Under the pieces are notes generated by a model that was not told the origin of the DNA, did not search any database, and saw only the letters and a list, made by a program, of their open reading frames with translations. A stretch of 64,000 nucleotides of DNA from assembly GCA_030390025.1 (NCBI GenBank), contig JASTWF010000350.1:310001-374000 (forward strand), given 5' to 3'. The position numbers and the translations under genes are program-made. The DNA is from Squalus acanthias (taxonomy: Eukaryota). This document shows positions 12,227-25,000 of the stretch, in pieces; within the stretch, counting starts at the first letter, position 1; each line of letters opens with the position of its first letter.

Positions 12227-12437
12227 AATTTAGAATCCAGTAGGCTGTAGGATGGAAGATTAAAATTGAGTCAACACTCTGGCAAACTCGGTAATCCGAT
12301 ATCTGCACCTGGCGGGTCCATGGTGCTCCAGCACACAATTGATAATTGATGATTTAGGGTCCAGTAGGCTGTAGGATGGAAGATTAGAATTGAGTCAACT
12401 CTCTGTGACAAACTCGGTAATCTGATATCTGCGCCTA
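12227..12437. repeat. Local direct duplication (about 85-bp core, spacing about 124 bp)
   Basis: tccagtaggctgtaggatggaagatta..ttgagtcaac..caaactcggtaatc.gatatctgc.cct occurs twice. Confidence 0.85.
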
Positions 12438-14938
12438 TTAGGGACAAAGAAGGCGATATATGCTTAGAGGTGCAGGGCAAGGCTAGAATACTTATTGGGC
12501 CGAAAATTGATCCCGGGACGCGAGAGTACGCACTGCGTACTCTCGCGTATTCCCACTCCAATTGCCGGTTTTCTGCATGCCCTGCGCATGCGCTGAAAAC
12601 CGGCAATTGCTCTTCTGAAAAGGGGGCGGGTCCTGGGTGCATCGCGTGCGCGCTACAGGCTGCGCGCACGCTGTGCACTTCATGCTTTGGACGCGCAGGT
12701 AAGTAGGGAAGATTTTGGAAATGTAAAAAGGAGGAGTAAGACCCGCTTTTAAGAAGGTAAGTAGTGAATTAAGTATTTTTTTGAATTTTTTTTTACAGGT
12801 ATATCTTTTTTAGAGACTTTAAAGACAGGTAAGTTTATTTTTATAACTTTTTAAAAGATTTTAAATTTTTTCAAAAATTTAATTTTTTATTTAAAATGGT
12901 TAATTTAATTAACTATACTTATTTTATTAATGTGATGGTTTTTTTTTAATTTAATTGAGGTTTAGCTGTTATTTTGGGGGGGTGTAAGATTCATAGATTT
13001 CACAGCAGGTCTGTGAAACTTATGAATGGAAGATGGTGTGCTGCCATTGGCTCTAACTGAGTCACGTGATCCCACAGCTCGCACGAATTCACTACGCCGC
13101 TGGGATACGCAAGCCCAGCACAGCTGATGTCTGGAACATCAAGTTCGTGCGAGCTGGATCTGAAAAAGCACAAGCGAGGTGAGACATCGCGGGGAAGGCT
13201 TACCCCCGCGGGAACAGAGCGAGATCAATTTCTGGGCCAATGAGTACTTTGTATCGGTGTTTACTAAGGAAGAGGATGCTGACAAAATATCAGTAGAAGC
13301 GGAGATGGTAGATGTAATGGATGGGGTGAAAATTGATCGGCAGGATGTACTGGAAAGGCTGGATATGCTTAGAGTGGATAAGTTGCCTGGTCCGGATGGC
13401 TTGCATCCCAGGTTGCTAAAAGGAAGTGGAGGTGGAGATAGCAGAAGGGCTTGCCATAACCTTCTAATCTTCCCTAGATACGGGGGAGGTGCCAGAGGAT
13501 TGAAAAGTGGCAAATGTGACACCCTTGTTCAAGAAAGGGTGTAAGGACAATCCTAGTAACTACAGGCCGGTCAGTTTAACATCAGTGGTGGGTAAGGTTT
13601 TAGAAACAATCAGGGAAAAAATTAACAGGCACTTGGAGAGGTTTAAGTTAATTAAGGAGAGCCAGCACCGAGTTGTAAAAGGTAGATTTTGTTTGACTAA
13701 TCTAATTGAATTTTTTGATGAAGTAACAGAGAAGGTTGATGAAGGGAATGCAGTGGATGTTATCTATATGGATTTTAAGAAAGCATTTGACAAAGTACTA
13801 CATAAAGGCTGGTTAATAAAATTGAGGCTCATGGAATAGGAGGGCCAGTGTCAGCTTGGATAAGAAATTGGCTTAAGGACAGAAAACAGCGAGTTCTGGT
13901 AAATGGTTGTTTTTCAGACTGGAGGATGGCAGACAGTGGTGTTCCCCAAGGGTCAGTGCTAGGACCACTGCTTTATTTGATAAATATAAATGACTTGGAT
14001 ATTGGAATACAGAGTAAAATTTAAAAATTTGCCAATGATACCAAATTTGGAGGTGTGGCAAACAATGAGGAGGATACCAATCGACTGCAACAGGACATAG
14101 ATAGGCTAGGAGAATGGGCAGACAAGTGGCAGATGGAAATTAATAGAGAAGCGTGAGGTGATGCATTTTGGCAGAAGGGATAGGGAGAGGCAATATAGAT
14201 TTAATGGCACAGTTCTAAAGAGTGTGCAGGGACAGAGGGACCTGGGGGTTCATGTGCATAGATCTTTGAAGGTGGCAGGACATATTGAGAGAGTAGTTAG
14301 CAAAGTATATGGGATCTTGGGCTTCATAAATAGAGGTATTGAGTACAAAAGCAGAGAATTTATGCTGAACCTTTTTAAAGCTCTGTTTAGGCCACAACTA
14401 GAGTATTGCATCCAGTTCTGCTCACCACACTTTAGGAAGGATGTGAAGGTCCTTGAGAGGGTGCAGAGGAGATTTACCAAAATGGTTCCAGGGATGAGGG
14501 ATTTTAGCTACAAGGTTAGGTTGGAGAAGCTGGGGTTGTTCTCCTTGGAGCAAAGGAAGTTAAGGGGAGATTTGATAGAGGTGTACAAGATTATGTCGGG
14601 TTTGGATAAGGTAAACAGAGAAAGGCTGTTCCCATTAGCTGATGGTACAAGGACTAGGGGACACAGATTTAAGTTTTTGGGCAAGAGATACAGGGGGGTG
14701 GGGTGGTGTGATGAAGAACTTTTTTACGCAGCGAGTGTAATGACCTGGAACTCACTGCTGACGAGGGTGGTGGAAGCGGAGACGATCAATGATTTCAAAA
14801 GGAAATTGGATAGGCACTTGAGGGAAATAAACTTGCAGGGCTAGAGCGGGTGAATGGGACTGACTGGATTGCTCTAGAGAGCCAGCATGGACTCGATGGG
14901 CCAAATGGCCTCCTTCTATGCTGTAATGACTCTATGAT
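12433..14938 (+). mobile_element. Degenerate CR1 ORF2 and 3' tail, interrupted by the MITE at 12497-13238
   Basis: PIRDKEGDICLE..ARIL | NEYFVSVF.., [27 protein letters not shown]-terminus in ORF 14158..14844; several stops and frameshifts. Confidence 0.9.
12497..13238 (+). mobile_element. Non-autonomous TIR element (PIF/Harbinger-type MITE), copy 1
   Basis: Imperfect TIRs GGGCCGAAAATTGATC / GATCAATTTCTGGGCC; flanks ATT/AAT at the CR1 L|NEY site; GC-rich hairpin ends and AT-rich core; homologous to 38958-39722. Confidence 0.8.
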
Positions 14939-15599
14939 CAGGCAGCCTGGCCCATCAATTGGACCTTAAAGGGTAGACTGTCACGAGCAGGGCAATTTTT
15001 CCCACTCGGTTCCAACTAACTCAGCAAGCCAACACTCACTAACAGGTAGGGTGGTGCTAGGTGGACAAGTGAGAAGCACAAGCGGTGTCATTTTAGCGGG
15101 TTAACTCCAGCATTATCACTGTCCGCACTTTGTGGGGAGGTGTGCTGGTCACAAAATCATGGTTGTTACCAATCAGTACCTAATTGTTCTGGACTTAACT
15201 CAAGTGCATTCTCCAGGAAGAGAATGTGAATTCTGTAATCAGGCAAGCAGAAACTGAATCTTTGTGGATTTCTCAGTAGGTTGGTTGGATAGTCAATGGG
15301 TTTCTGCTGATTCAGAACAAAACTGACGCAGGGCACTGTGCTGCCATGTGTTCTCCAGAGGGACTGACTTCATCAGCACTGGGTTGTCACTCCTGTAAAA
15401 GAAATTGCACATTATGATTATATAGGCATTGTTAAGCATATTCCTGCAGCACTGTCAGTGCCTGCTGTGCCCGGATGAGTGTCACCTTTTTTGTCAGTGT
15501 TGCGCTATGCAAATGTAATGCACTCCAAAAGTAATTCATTGTGATGTGTTTGTATTTGATAGTGTTATATAAATACAATTATGACAAAACAAGTTTGCT

Positions 15600-15730
15600 T
15601 CCACCAGACTGTCTCCTTGTGGGGAAATGTCTAGTACTGCCTCCTCGAAGGGTGTTAAAGGTCTGCTCTGTGGGGCACCACCACCAGTATGTAGCCACTT
15701 GTGTCTATTGAAGACCAAGTTCTCCAGCAC
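15600..15730 (-). pseudogene. Possible remnant of a Harbinger Myb/SANT-like gene exon
   Basis: TGGGAPQSRPLTPFEEAVLDI resembles the TGGG-P..LTPxEE motif of MSANTD/NAIF1-like Harbinger ORFs. Confidence 0.4.
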
Positions 15731-16704
15731 GTGGAATGAATACTAAGCGGTGATTAAAAGCGCAGTGAAAATATAGGCCCGAGATCATAGATAGTATGAT
15801 TTGTATAATTTTGCTAGCTGCACTTTTAGGATATCAGTACGCAGATTTGTATTGTGCATGAACTTGGGTAAATTAGTTACCTGCAATGTCTCTATATGGT
15901 GCATTCTGATAGTTCACATTCATGCTTATTGCTTAACTTTTTGTTTCACTGGGTCCATGTTAACTTTCTTTTGTAAAGCTATTTAGCTATATACTTGCAA
16001 CTCTCTGCTATGTCCATATTTGGCTGTTTAGGTACCTCAGATTAATCTTCATTACTATTTCCTGTTATGCATGACCCATCTGGATAGTTACATGAATGTT
16101 CAGTCTTCACCCATGTGCTTTGCTTAAGGTCAGACATCTTGCATAATTGTGCAATAGTGAGATGTGTCTCTAATTTCATCTATTGCCATCTGCCTGTGCA
16201 GGTACCCGTCCACCCTGAAGGCAGCATTTTGTATCCAGTAGTAGAGGACCTTTCCACAGGAACATGCTTTCTTTTACATCATGTCACTCCATTAACATAC
16301 ACTTCACTTGGTTTTGTAACCATGTTATCCACAAAATTTGTGTGCACCATTCACCCTCCATAAAGGTAATGGATGATAGCTAATCTGCTATTGATTTTGA
16401 ATCCCACCCAATTTTCTTTATCAGTCAATGGAAAAGCAAATCAGACAGTGTAAAACAGACACCCACTGCGTTACTACTCATTTGGTGCCTGCCGTTAAGT
16501 TAAATGATGCCCTCAGATTTGTCATTTAAGGGAGAAGTTGGGTAGCAATATTGAGGGGGTGAAAATAAATCAGAAATGGCATGTGTGGAAATGAATACTT
16601 CACAATGAAAACTCTTAACACAGTAGTGAGCCAAATATAGATAGTAGCCTATACATATTTGACGTCACTTCATTATTTAAATGTCCAGCAGACCGCTAGG
16701 CAAA

Positions 16705-17047
16705 GCAACGATAACTTTGTATTTATATAGCGCCTTTAACGTAGTAAATGTCCCAAGGCACGTCACGGGGCGTTTAATACAAAATAAGGAGATATCAGGG
16801 CAGGTGACTAAAAGCTTGGTCAAAAAAGGTAGGGAGGTTTAGGGACAGAATTCTTGAGCTTAAGGTCTTGGCAGCTGAAGGTACAGACAGAGTGGAGCAA
16901 TTAAAATCAGGGCTGCTCAAGAGGCCACATTAGAAAAGCACAGATAGCAGAGGATTGTGGTGCTGGAGAAGATTGAGATAGGGTGAAGTGAAGCCTAGGA
17001 GGGATTTGAAAACAAGGATGAGAATTTTAAAAATCAAGGTGTTGCCA
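16705..17047 (-). mobile_element. L2-like/SINE 3' fragment
   Basis: ttgtatttatatagcgcctttaacgtag..cccaaggc..ggtgactaaaagcttggtcaaa; reverse homologue of 9772-10062. Confidence 0.6.
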
Positions 17048-17439
17048 ATAAAGAAGAATAGTGAGGATCGTATTATGCCATGAGCCCTATAACTGAAGTA
17101 CTACCAATAAATGAGTGCAGTTGGCATAAGCCCCTTCAGACAAAGTCGAAAATGCCCTGGAATCAGATACTATGTAGAGGAAGTTTGAGGTCTACTTTAG
17201 TGAACAAAGCAATGAAGACACGTAGTAAAATCATCACCAAGGAAACCTGTGAACATGACCCTTTTACTATGGGTTTGCCTGTAGGCCAGGCATCATGTGG
17301 GCACATAGACACAAACTTCCAACAGCTTGGAACACTCAACCAGCATGTGTACTGCAGATTTGTTTCATACGGAAAGCAATTGATTAAAAACTACTTTACT
17401 CAATTTTAGCAATGACAATTCAAAATACAAGACAGTGAG

Positions 17440-18719
17440 ACAGCAATTTAAAAAAAGTTCTATTTGTTTTTCCTTAATTAAAAAACCTACAGCAAAGTTG
17501 AACCCCGAAACAAATCTGTACCATCAAAATACGGTAAAATACATCAATGCTTACAGCATGCTTCAGAAACTGTTGCACAAAAATGTAGCACTGGGAGGAG
17601 CTAATCCCAGTTAGTGTACCTAGGCAGGGACTACAGAAATAATAAAACATGGAAACAAATTTTTACAACTGAACTTTTCCCTGTAATGCCTTAAAATAGT
17701 TTAAAAAAGGTCAAGTGACAAGTGAACAGTAACTCACTGCAGGAAGGACCAGTCGCATATTGCTCATCAACCCACTTCTTCCCCCCACCCCCCCCCCGAC
17801 CCCCGACCCCAAAAAAAATTAGAATGCACAGCCAGTTATAGTGGCACAGCTCAGATTTTACAAATGTTTGTAAAACTAGAGATTAGCTGAGCATTTTTGA
17901 TCTTTTAGGACAAGTCCCATGAGAGTCATTAAAGTAAGTGTACAATGAACAAAGGCATAATTTAAGAAAGCTGGAAGAATCCAGTGCCCTTGGACCCTAT
18001 AGCAATTGGACAGGAGCACTAACATTAGGTGGGCAGACTATAACAAAGTTAAAATTATTGTACAGGAATGCAGTATGCCAATTTTGTGATCTTACAGTAT
18101 CCTAGTTCCCATTTAAGATGGGTTAACACATGCAGTGTTCTGAAAGCAATTTAATGATTATGGGACTAGTCATCGAGTCCCAACAAGAAGTCACAAGCTT
18201 TTTTCCCTGGTGCTAGACCAGCCATTTACAGAACATTTCTCCCAGCACTGCAAAAAAATTGATCTGAAAATGTAAACTAGTTAAAAGTTAGCAAAAAATT
18301 GTGCAGTTTACAGTATTAGTAATTTGTGCATCAGTACAGATCCAAGAAGCTTTTTAGTAAGATGAGAATGTCACTTGACCATAATATTAATGCTGTATTT
18401 TAATAAAAAAACAAAAGCCCTGCTTTAATATCAATGTTGACTGCATTAAATTACAGGTTAGTGTCCATGTGAAGTTGACCAGTCAACTTGAAGAGTTATT
18501 AACTGTTCTAAATAAGAGAACAGTTTTGTTGTCCTATCGCAAGCCTCATTCCTCACCTTCCAGATAACAACAGAAGAAATTAGGTTCTGAAATACAAATC
18601 AAACCCTTCTGACCCTCCCCCTTTAGCACCTGTACAGTATAGGAGTAGAGACCCAAAGGTCCCACATTTCAACAGCTATCACTGCTACAAATGCCAGGTC
18701 CATTAGTGCATTATTTTGC
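17440..18719 (-). other. glul: Probable glul 3' UTR (candidate signals ATTAAA at 18424-18429 and 18399-18404; AATAGA at 17459-17464 followed by a U/GU-rich tract)
   Basis: AT-rich, transposon-free stretch after the stop codon; the 3' end is inferred. Confidence 0.45.
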
Positions 18720-19041
18720 TTAATTTTTGTTGTACTCAATAGGCTTGTCCCCAGACTCATCCAATAGGCATGTGCGGACCAATGCTTCTGTGACTGCATA
18801 AGGGTCACAATTAGCAGATGGACGGCGGTCTTCAAAGTAGCCTTTCTTGTCCTGGCCAACGGATCGAGGGATTCGGATGCTGGCTCCTCTATTGGCAACA
18901 CCAGCTGAGAACTCATTGATATTTGAGGTTTCATGGTGGCCTGTCAAACGTCTAGCATTGTCCAACCCTCCTTTAGGATCATAGGCACGAATGTGGTACT
19001 GATGCCTCTTGCCCAGTTTTTCAATTGAGTCTTCAATGTAC
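18720..19041 (-). CDS. glul: glul exon 8 coding part ([13 protein letters not shown]...KPIEYNKN*)
   Basis: tctttttAG|G; TAA at 18722-18720; overlaps ORF 18720..18965. Confidence 0.97.
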
Positions 19042-22000
19042 CTAAAAAGAGAAAAAGAGTTTTACTATTTGGTACCGAATCTACAATCCCTTTCTGCCAT
19101 CCCTTCTTTCCCCCGCTCCCCTGTATCATATTGCTACTGCCCCCACCATCAAAGGGGAGCATTAGTACATTATCCTACTCCCCTCAGCAATGATGTCCCA
19201 TTTGCCCAGTTATGGAATAAATCACAAGTAGCTCAGAGGATAGGATAGCCCACATTCCAGGGTACTGGTCTGTTAAATGTTCTGTCCTCAAATCGAAAGC
19301 AGTCGTTCCCCCAATTCCAATGAGTACATAGCTACAGAAAGATCAACGGTGCCAGAAGACTTCTCAATTTCAGTTTTTAATGTTGAACATTAGAGACCAA
19401 GCCTAATATTTGATACTCACTTCAACCCTCCATCATCCCGCATGGCTTTGGTGCTAAAGTTAGTGTGGCACCCAGCACCATTCCAGTTGCCAGGAATGGG
19501 CTTAGGGTCAAAGCTAGCAATGATACCGAAGTCCTCGCACACCCTGTGCAGAATAAACCTGGAAATCCACAAGTGGTCACCCATCTGGATACCTTCACAA
19601 GGTCCAACTTGGTATTCCCACTATAAAGTTGGAATATAGGTGATTAGTTCAAAGGGAACAACAAATCAGCAGTGCACAAGAGCAATTACATTAGAGTGTT
19701 TCGTAACATTGGTAACCATCAGTGCTACATTGCAGTGTAGAATCTCAACTATATCTCTGCTGTAGAAAGCCTGTTTATGGGGTAAATTTTGCACCGCCAT
19801 GTCATTTTCCAATACAAACTGGCTATGTATTTGCCCTAAAATTAGCAGCTCAGATCGGTTACAAAATATATATATGAGACTTGCCTTGCTATTGCCCGAT
19901 TACCCTTTTAAAAAAAAAGGCCACAGGGTGGTCGGAAGACCAAAATTGCAGAGGATTGACCTGCTGACTGCTACGGGTTGTCCACCCACTGATTTTCAGC
20001 TGGACCTTGGTTTAGGGTGGCCAGAGCAGAAACAGGCAGGGGCCTCCGATATATAAAATCAGGGTCAGATTATATAGTGAAGACCTTGATGCAATTATGT
20101 CTACCACTGTTACATAGGAACAGGAGGAGGCCATTCAGCCCCTCAAGCCTGTTCCACTATTCAATTAGTTAATGGCTGATCTGTACCTCAACTCCAGATC
20201 CCTTGATAACCTTACTTAAAAACCTAATCGCTCTCAGTCTTGAATTTTCCTCCCACAAAGGATGAGCAGTAGTTTCGGAGGTGACAGTACCAGTGGTATT
20301 TAAAGGGATTCTTAGCTGTAGCAAGGGAAAGTTAGCAGGTCTGGCACTTATTTTACTGCAGTTGGCTGTTCTGAGCCTTAAAAGGCTTCTAATATTTGAT
20401 CTCCTTGCTGCTAGTGATGCTGAAAAATTCCCCCTGCCACAATAAACCCTGCTCACATCAACATAAACACCCACCCCTTCTTTAGGGTACTTTCACCCCC
20501 CACCCTTTAGGGTACTGATGCACTGCCCATCAAGCTCAACCATCCTGCTGGATTTACCTCCCTATAAAAAAAAAAGCTCGATTAGCACTGGTAGATAACA
20601 GACTCATTACAGAGCCGAACCATAAAAATTGATCAGGCCTTCTGCTGAGTGCATCAGGCAGTCGGAACAGGCACCCCGTCCACCCAAATCGAAAATTGCT
20701 CCCAGATTATTCTACCACAGAAACAATCCATGTATCCTATCAAGTGTGCACTGATATTTTTCTCCAGAGGCCAAACCCAATCCCAAGAACCTGGTCACAC
20801 CCCATGTCATTTAATATTCCACTTTTTCCAAGCCAAACAACTTTCTAATTCATAGAATCATACATCACAGAATGAGGCCATTCAACCTACCGCGTCTACC
20901 CAAGCCCTTTCGAAGAGCAACCCAGTTAGTTCCACTCCTCCCCCATATCCCTGCAATTTTCTCTAAGTATTTATCCAATTCCTTTTGAAGGCTACTATTG
21001 ATTCTGTATCCACCACCCGATCAGGCAGTGCATTCCAAATCCTAACCACTTGTCACATAAAAAAGTTTTCCCTCATGTAGTCTTTGGTTCTTTTGCCAAT
21101 CGCCTTAAATCTGTGTCTTCGTTATTGACCCTTCAGCCATTGGAAACAGTTTCTCTATTTACTCTATCTAAACCCTTCATGATTTTGAACACCTCTATCA
21201 GATCTTGACCTTCTCTGCTCCAAGGAGAACAACCCCAGCGTCTCCAGTCTATCCACGTAACTGTACTCCCTCATCCCGGGAAGCATTCTAGTAAATCTCT
21301 TCTTTACCCTCTCCAAAGTCTTCACATCCTTCCTAAAAAGTGTGGTGCCCAGAATTGGACAATACTCCAGCTGGGGCCAAACTAGTGTTTAATATAGGTT
21401 TAGCACAACGCCCTAGTTTTTTTTTAATACTCTGCCTCAATTTATAAAGCCCAGGATCCAACATGCTTGATTAACTTGTCCTGCCACCTTCAAAGATTTG
21501 TGCACCAACACCTGGTCTTGCTCCCCTTTAGCTTGTATTGTCTCTCCTCATTCTTCCTACCAAAATGCACCACCTCATACTTGTGTTGAATGTCATCTGC
21601 CATGTGTCTGCCCTTCCCACCAGCCTGTCCATGTCCTTGAAGTCTATTACTATCTTCCTCACTGTTTACTACACTTCCCCAAAATTCAGTACTAGGACCA
21701 CTGTTGATTTTGGACCACCACTGTAAACCTCCCTAGAGTCCAAAAAACAGCCAGCCATTCACCACAACTGTTTTCTATCCCTGCTACTGCCCCTTTTATC
21801 CCATGGGCTTCAATTTTGCTAACAAGCCTAGTATGTGGTACTTTATAAAACACCTGTTGAAAGTCTGTATACACAACATCAACTGCACTGCCCTCATCCA
21901 CCCTCTTACCTCAAAAAACCCAAATCAAGTTAATCAAACATGATTTGCCCTCAACAAATCTATGCTGGCTCCTTTATTAGTCCATGCTTGTCCAAGTGGC

Positions 22001-25000
22001 TGTTACATTTTCTCCCAGATTATTTCTAAAAGCTTCCCTACAAGACGTTAAACTGACTGGCCTGTAATTGCCAGGTTTATCCGTCTCATTTTTTGAACAA
22101 TCCTCCAGCACCACCCCTGTATATAAGGAGGTGGTGCCTCTTAAAATTTGTGGCCTGTGATTTAACAAGAGTTTACGACAGAATTCCAAACTCCAACCAC
22201 CCTTTAGATTTTTTCAAATCTCCTTCAAGTGTGATGACCAAACATCCTCCCATTATCATATCTCCTTACCTGAGCAGCCATAACTTCAGCATTGGTTCCA
22301 CTGAGTTCAATTCCAGCATACAGACACGCCCGGTAGTGAGCCTCCACAATATCTCTGCCGTAAGCTTTGTCTGCACCAACTCCACAGTAATAGGGCCCTA
22401 AAACAGAAAAATAATTCTATCAGACACAGATTTCACCAGAAAAATAGTAACAGAAATAAAAGCAGCAGACTTCTGTTCAGTCCAGCCCAAAAAATCTTTG
22501 GATGTCATCTTTGCACAATGTAGCATTCCAAGATACTTTTACAGTCTGCTGAAAGCATCAGAGATGGATTTGCATTGGCTTCCAAGTATTCTCCAAACAC
22601 TGAATAACCACTTCTTTCTTTAAAACTGTTACTAGATGAAGTACTATTTATTCCCTCTGCCTTTTTAAAAAATTGATTTGCTTCCCCCTACTCAGTAGAT
22701 TCAAATACCTAAAATATTTTAACTTCTAGTTAATTTCAGGTCTTATTGCCACCAGTAGCATTCCTACTCAAGATCTAAAGGAAATGTGGAGGGGATACCG
22801 CACCTTGTGGTCCAGGAAAGCCATTGGAAGGCCATCCAAAGGGATGACCGTCCGTTCCCAGCAAAGTGTACTCTTGTTCCATTCCAAACCATGGATATTC
22901 ATTTGCGATCATGGACATGATTTTCTGGCATGAGTGTCTAAGATTAGATTCTGTAGAAACAAAATAGTTTGTAACATCAGTTATCCACCAGTTACACCAC
23001 CACCCTTATAAGAAACTACTAATTCTACAGATGCACATTTGGACAAACTGCTAAGAAAAATGAGTGTACATTAGTTTAAAAAATGAGTTCCACAACCCAA
23101 ATGGCATCATTTCTATCCCACTCAATGTTGGCAACCAATTACGCACAGCCCCCCAGCCACCCTTGATAGGTCGGATGTTATGGTGTACCCCATATTCCTT
23201 GTAGAGTTTTAGAAACACGAGTTTGACTTGCAAAATTAGATAAAAGCAAGCTTCCAAATTGGTGGTGTTGGATACCGTTTTGACAGTTTAGTTCAAAATT
23301 TCATGGTCAGGGTAATGCATCAGGTTTGCATGTTGACTGTTCACTACCAGGGAGCTAGGTTCAAATTCACCAATGAATGACATGAACAGGTCATCTCTCT
23401 TTGCAGGTTGTAATGATTTTATGGGAATTGGGGCAATCTAAAAGTAGGTATGTGCCAACAGCACAAAATTGTCTTGGTTTAGCACAAAGTAGTAACTTCA
23501 CTCAAAGATAGATAAGGATGTCTTGAAGGAAATTGAAAAAAATCAGTGGTGCAGTACAAGTTTGGAATTAAACCACAGTAGGAGGAGCCTTACTCTGCAT
23601 CTGTAGAGTTACAGCAGAGTAGGGAGTACTTCATTCTGATGGGAAAGGTGCCCCATTCCCAATTGCTGGCACTCTACCTTGAAGACATCATGTTATGACT
23701 GACACAACTTGGCAAGTTCCTACAAGGCCTTGGAGAGGGTGCAGAGGAGATTTAGCAGAATGGTATCACAGGTGAGGGAATTAATTTATGTGAAGTGACT
23801 GGAGAAGCTGGGAATGGTTGGGGGGTGGGGGGGGGGCGGAGGGAGAAGTTGTGATCTGGAATGCACTGCCTGAGAAGGTGGTGGAAGCAGATTCAATAGT
23901 AACTTGCAGCAGGAAAGTGAATATATACTTAAAGGAAAAATTTACAGGGCTACGGAGAGAGCAGGACTAATTGGCTAGCTCCTTCAAAGAGCCGGTACAG
24001 GCACGATGGGCCAAACGGCCTCCTTCTGAACAGTATGATTCTATGAATTGTTCACTTCTCGCACAGTGTTACTTCAGTGAAAACACCACTCAATCTGTAC
24101 CTGCTGGCTTCCTGTTATACTTGAGGACCTCACAGAGGACGAGCTTGTTTGGATCCCTACGGAAAGGATCCCGGAACATGGCAGATGGAACCAGGTACAT
24201 GTCGCTGTTGGACCCCTCTGACTGATACGTACTTGAGCCATCGAAGTTCCATTCTGGGAGTTCTGGAAATGGACAAAGCTTCACAGTAATCAAACTAAAC
24301 TTGAAAGCAGGAGTGTGACGGAAAGCCCTCCCAACTCAAAATAAAGGATCACCCAAGCAACAAAGCTACTTTGTGAAGAGCAACTGGCATTGTTCCAGTA
24401 AGTCATGCGGAGAAATCCAGGGCCAGCACAAGCAGAACTATTGTGCCTTTGAAGCTCACTTATATTCCAAGGCATTAGGAAATTGCTGTAATTGGTTATT
24501 TTCCCCCCCAAATATTATTCATGCATCTTACTTGTAAACCTCATGCACGCAAACAATTAAAACACTCCACATCAGTGAACTTTTGAGGCAGGCCATTGCC
24601 TTGAACCAAGTCTCCAAAACAGACAACTTCAACAATAGTGTTGCCCAGTGTAGCATCAAGACATCCAGCCACATCTGCTGCAGTGAGAACCTTTGCAATG
24701 CAATTTTAGTAAAATGATGATGCAAGAAAAATAATTGAAATGCCACACCTAGCACTGCAACAGTGAATTCTCATCATAGAAATGGACTAAAGCAACTCAC
24801 TATACATGTCACCATGGCAACAGCAGCAGTTATATGCATAGGAGATGATATTCTCAGACTACATTGCATTGTGGAGAGCACCTAGTGCAAAAGCTCAGTA
24901 ATGGACTAGGTGATTGTACGGCACAGGATGTTATTAAGGCGGTCAAGTTTAACTCATTTTGGCTTAAAGACTTAACTTTGATGTATCGAACATTAAAAAA

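Noticed and set aside
16660..16667. Second TGACGTCA palindrome downstream of glul
   Set aside because: An isolated 8-mer next to repeat fragments; about one is expected by chance per 65 kb.
22270..22290. EVMAAQ instead of the mammalian EVMPAQ near metal-binding glutamates
   Set aside because: The glutamate ligands are intact and the frame is open; most likely an ordinary lineage substitution.
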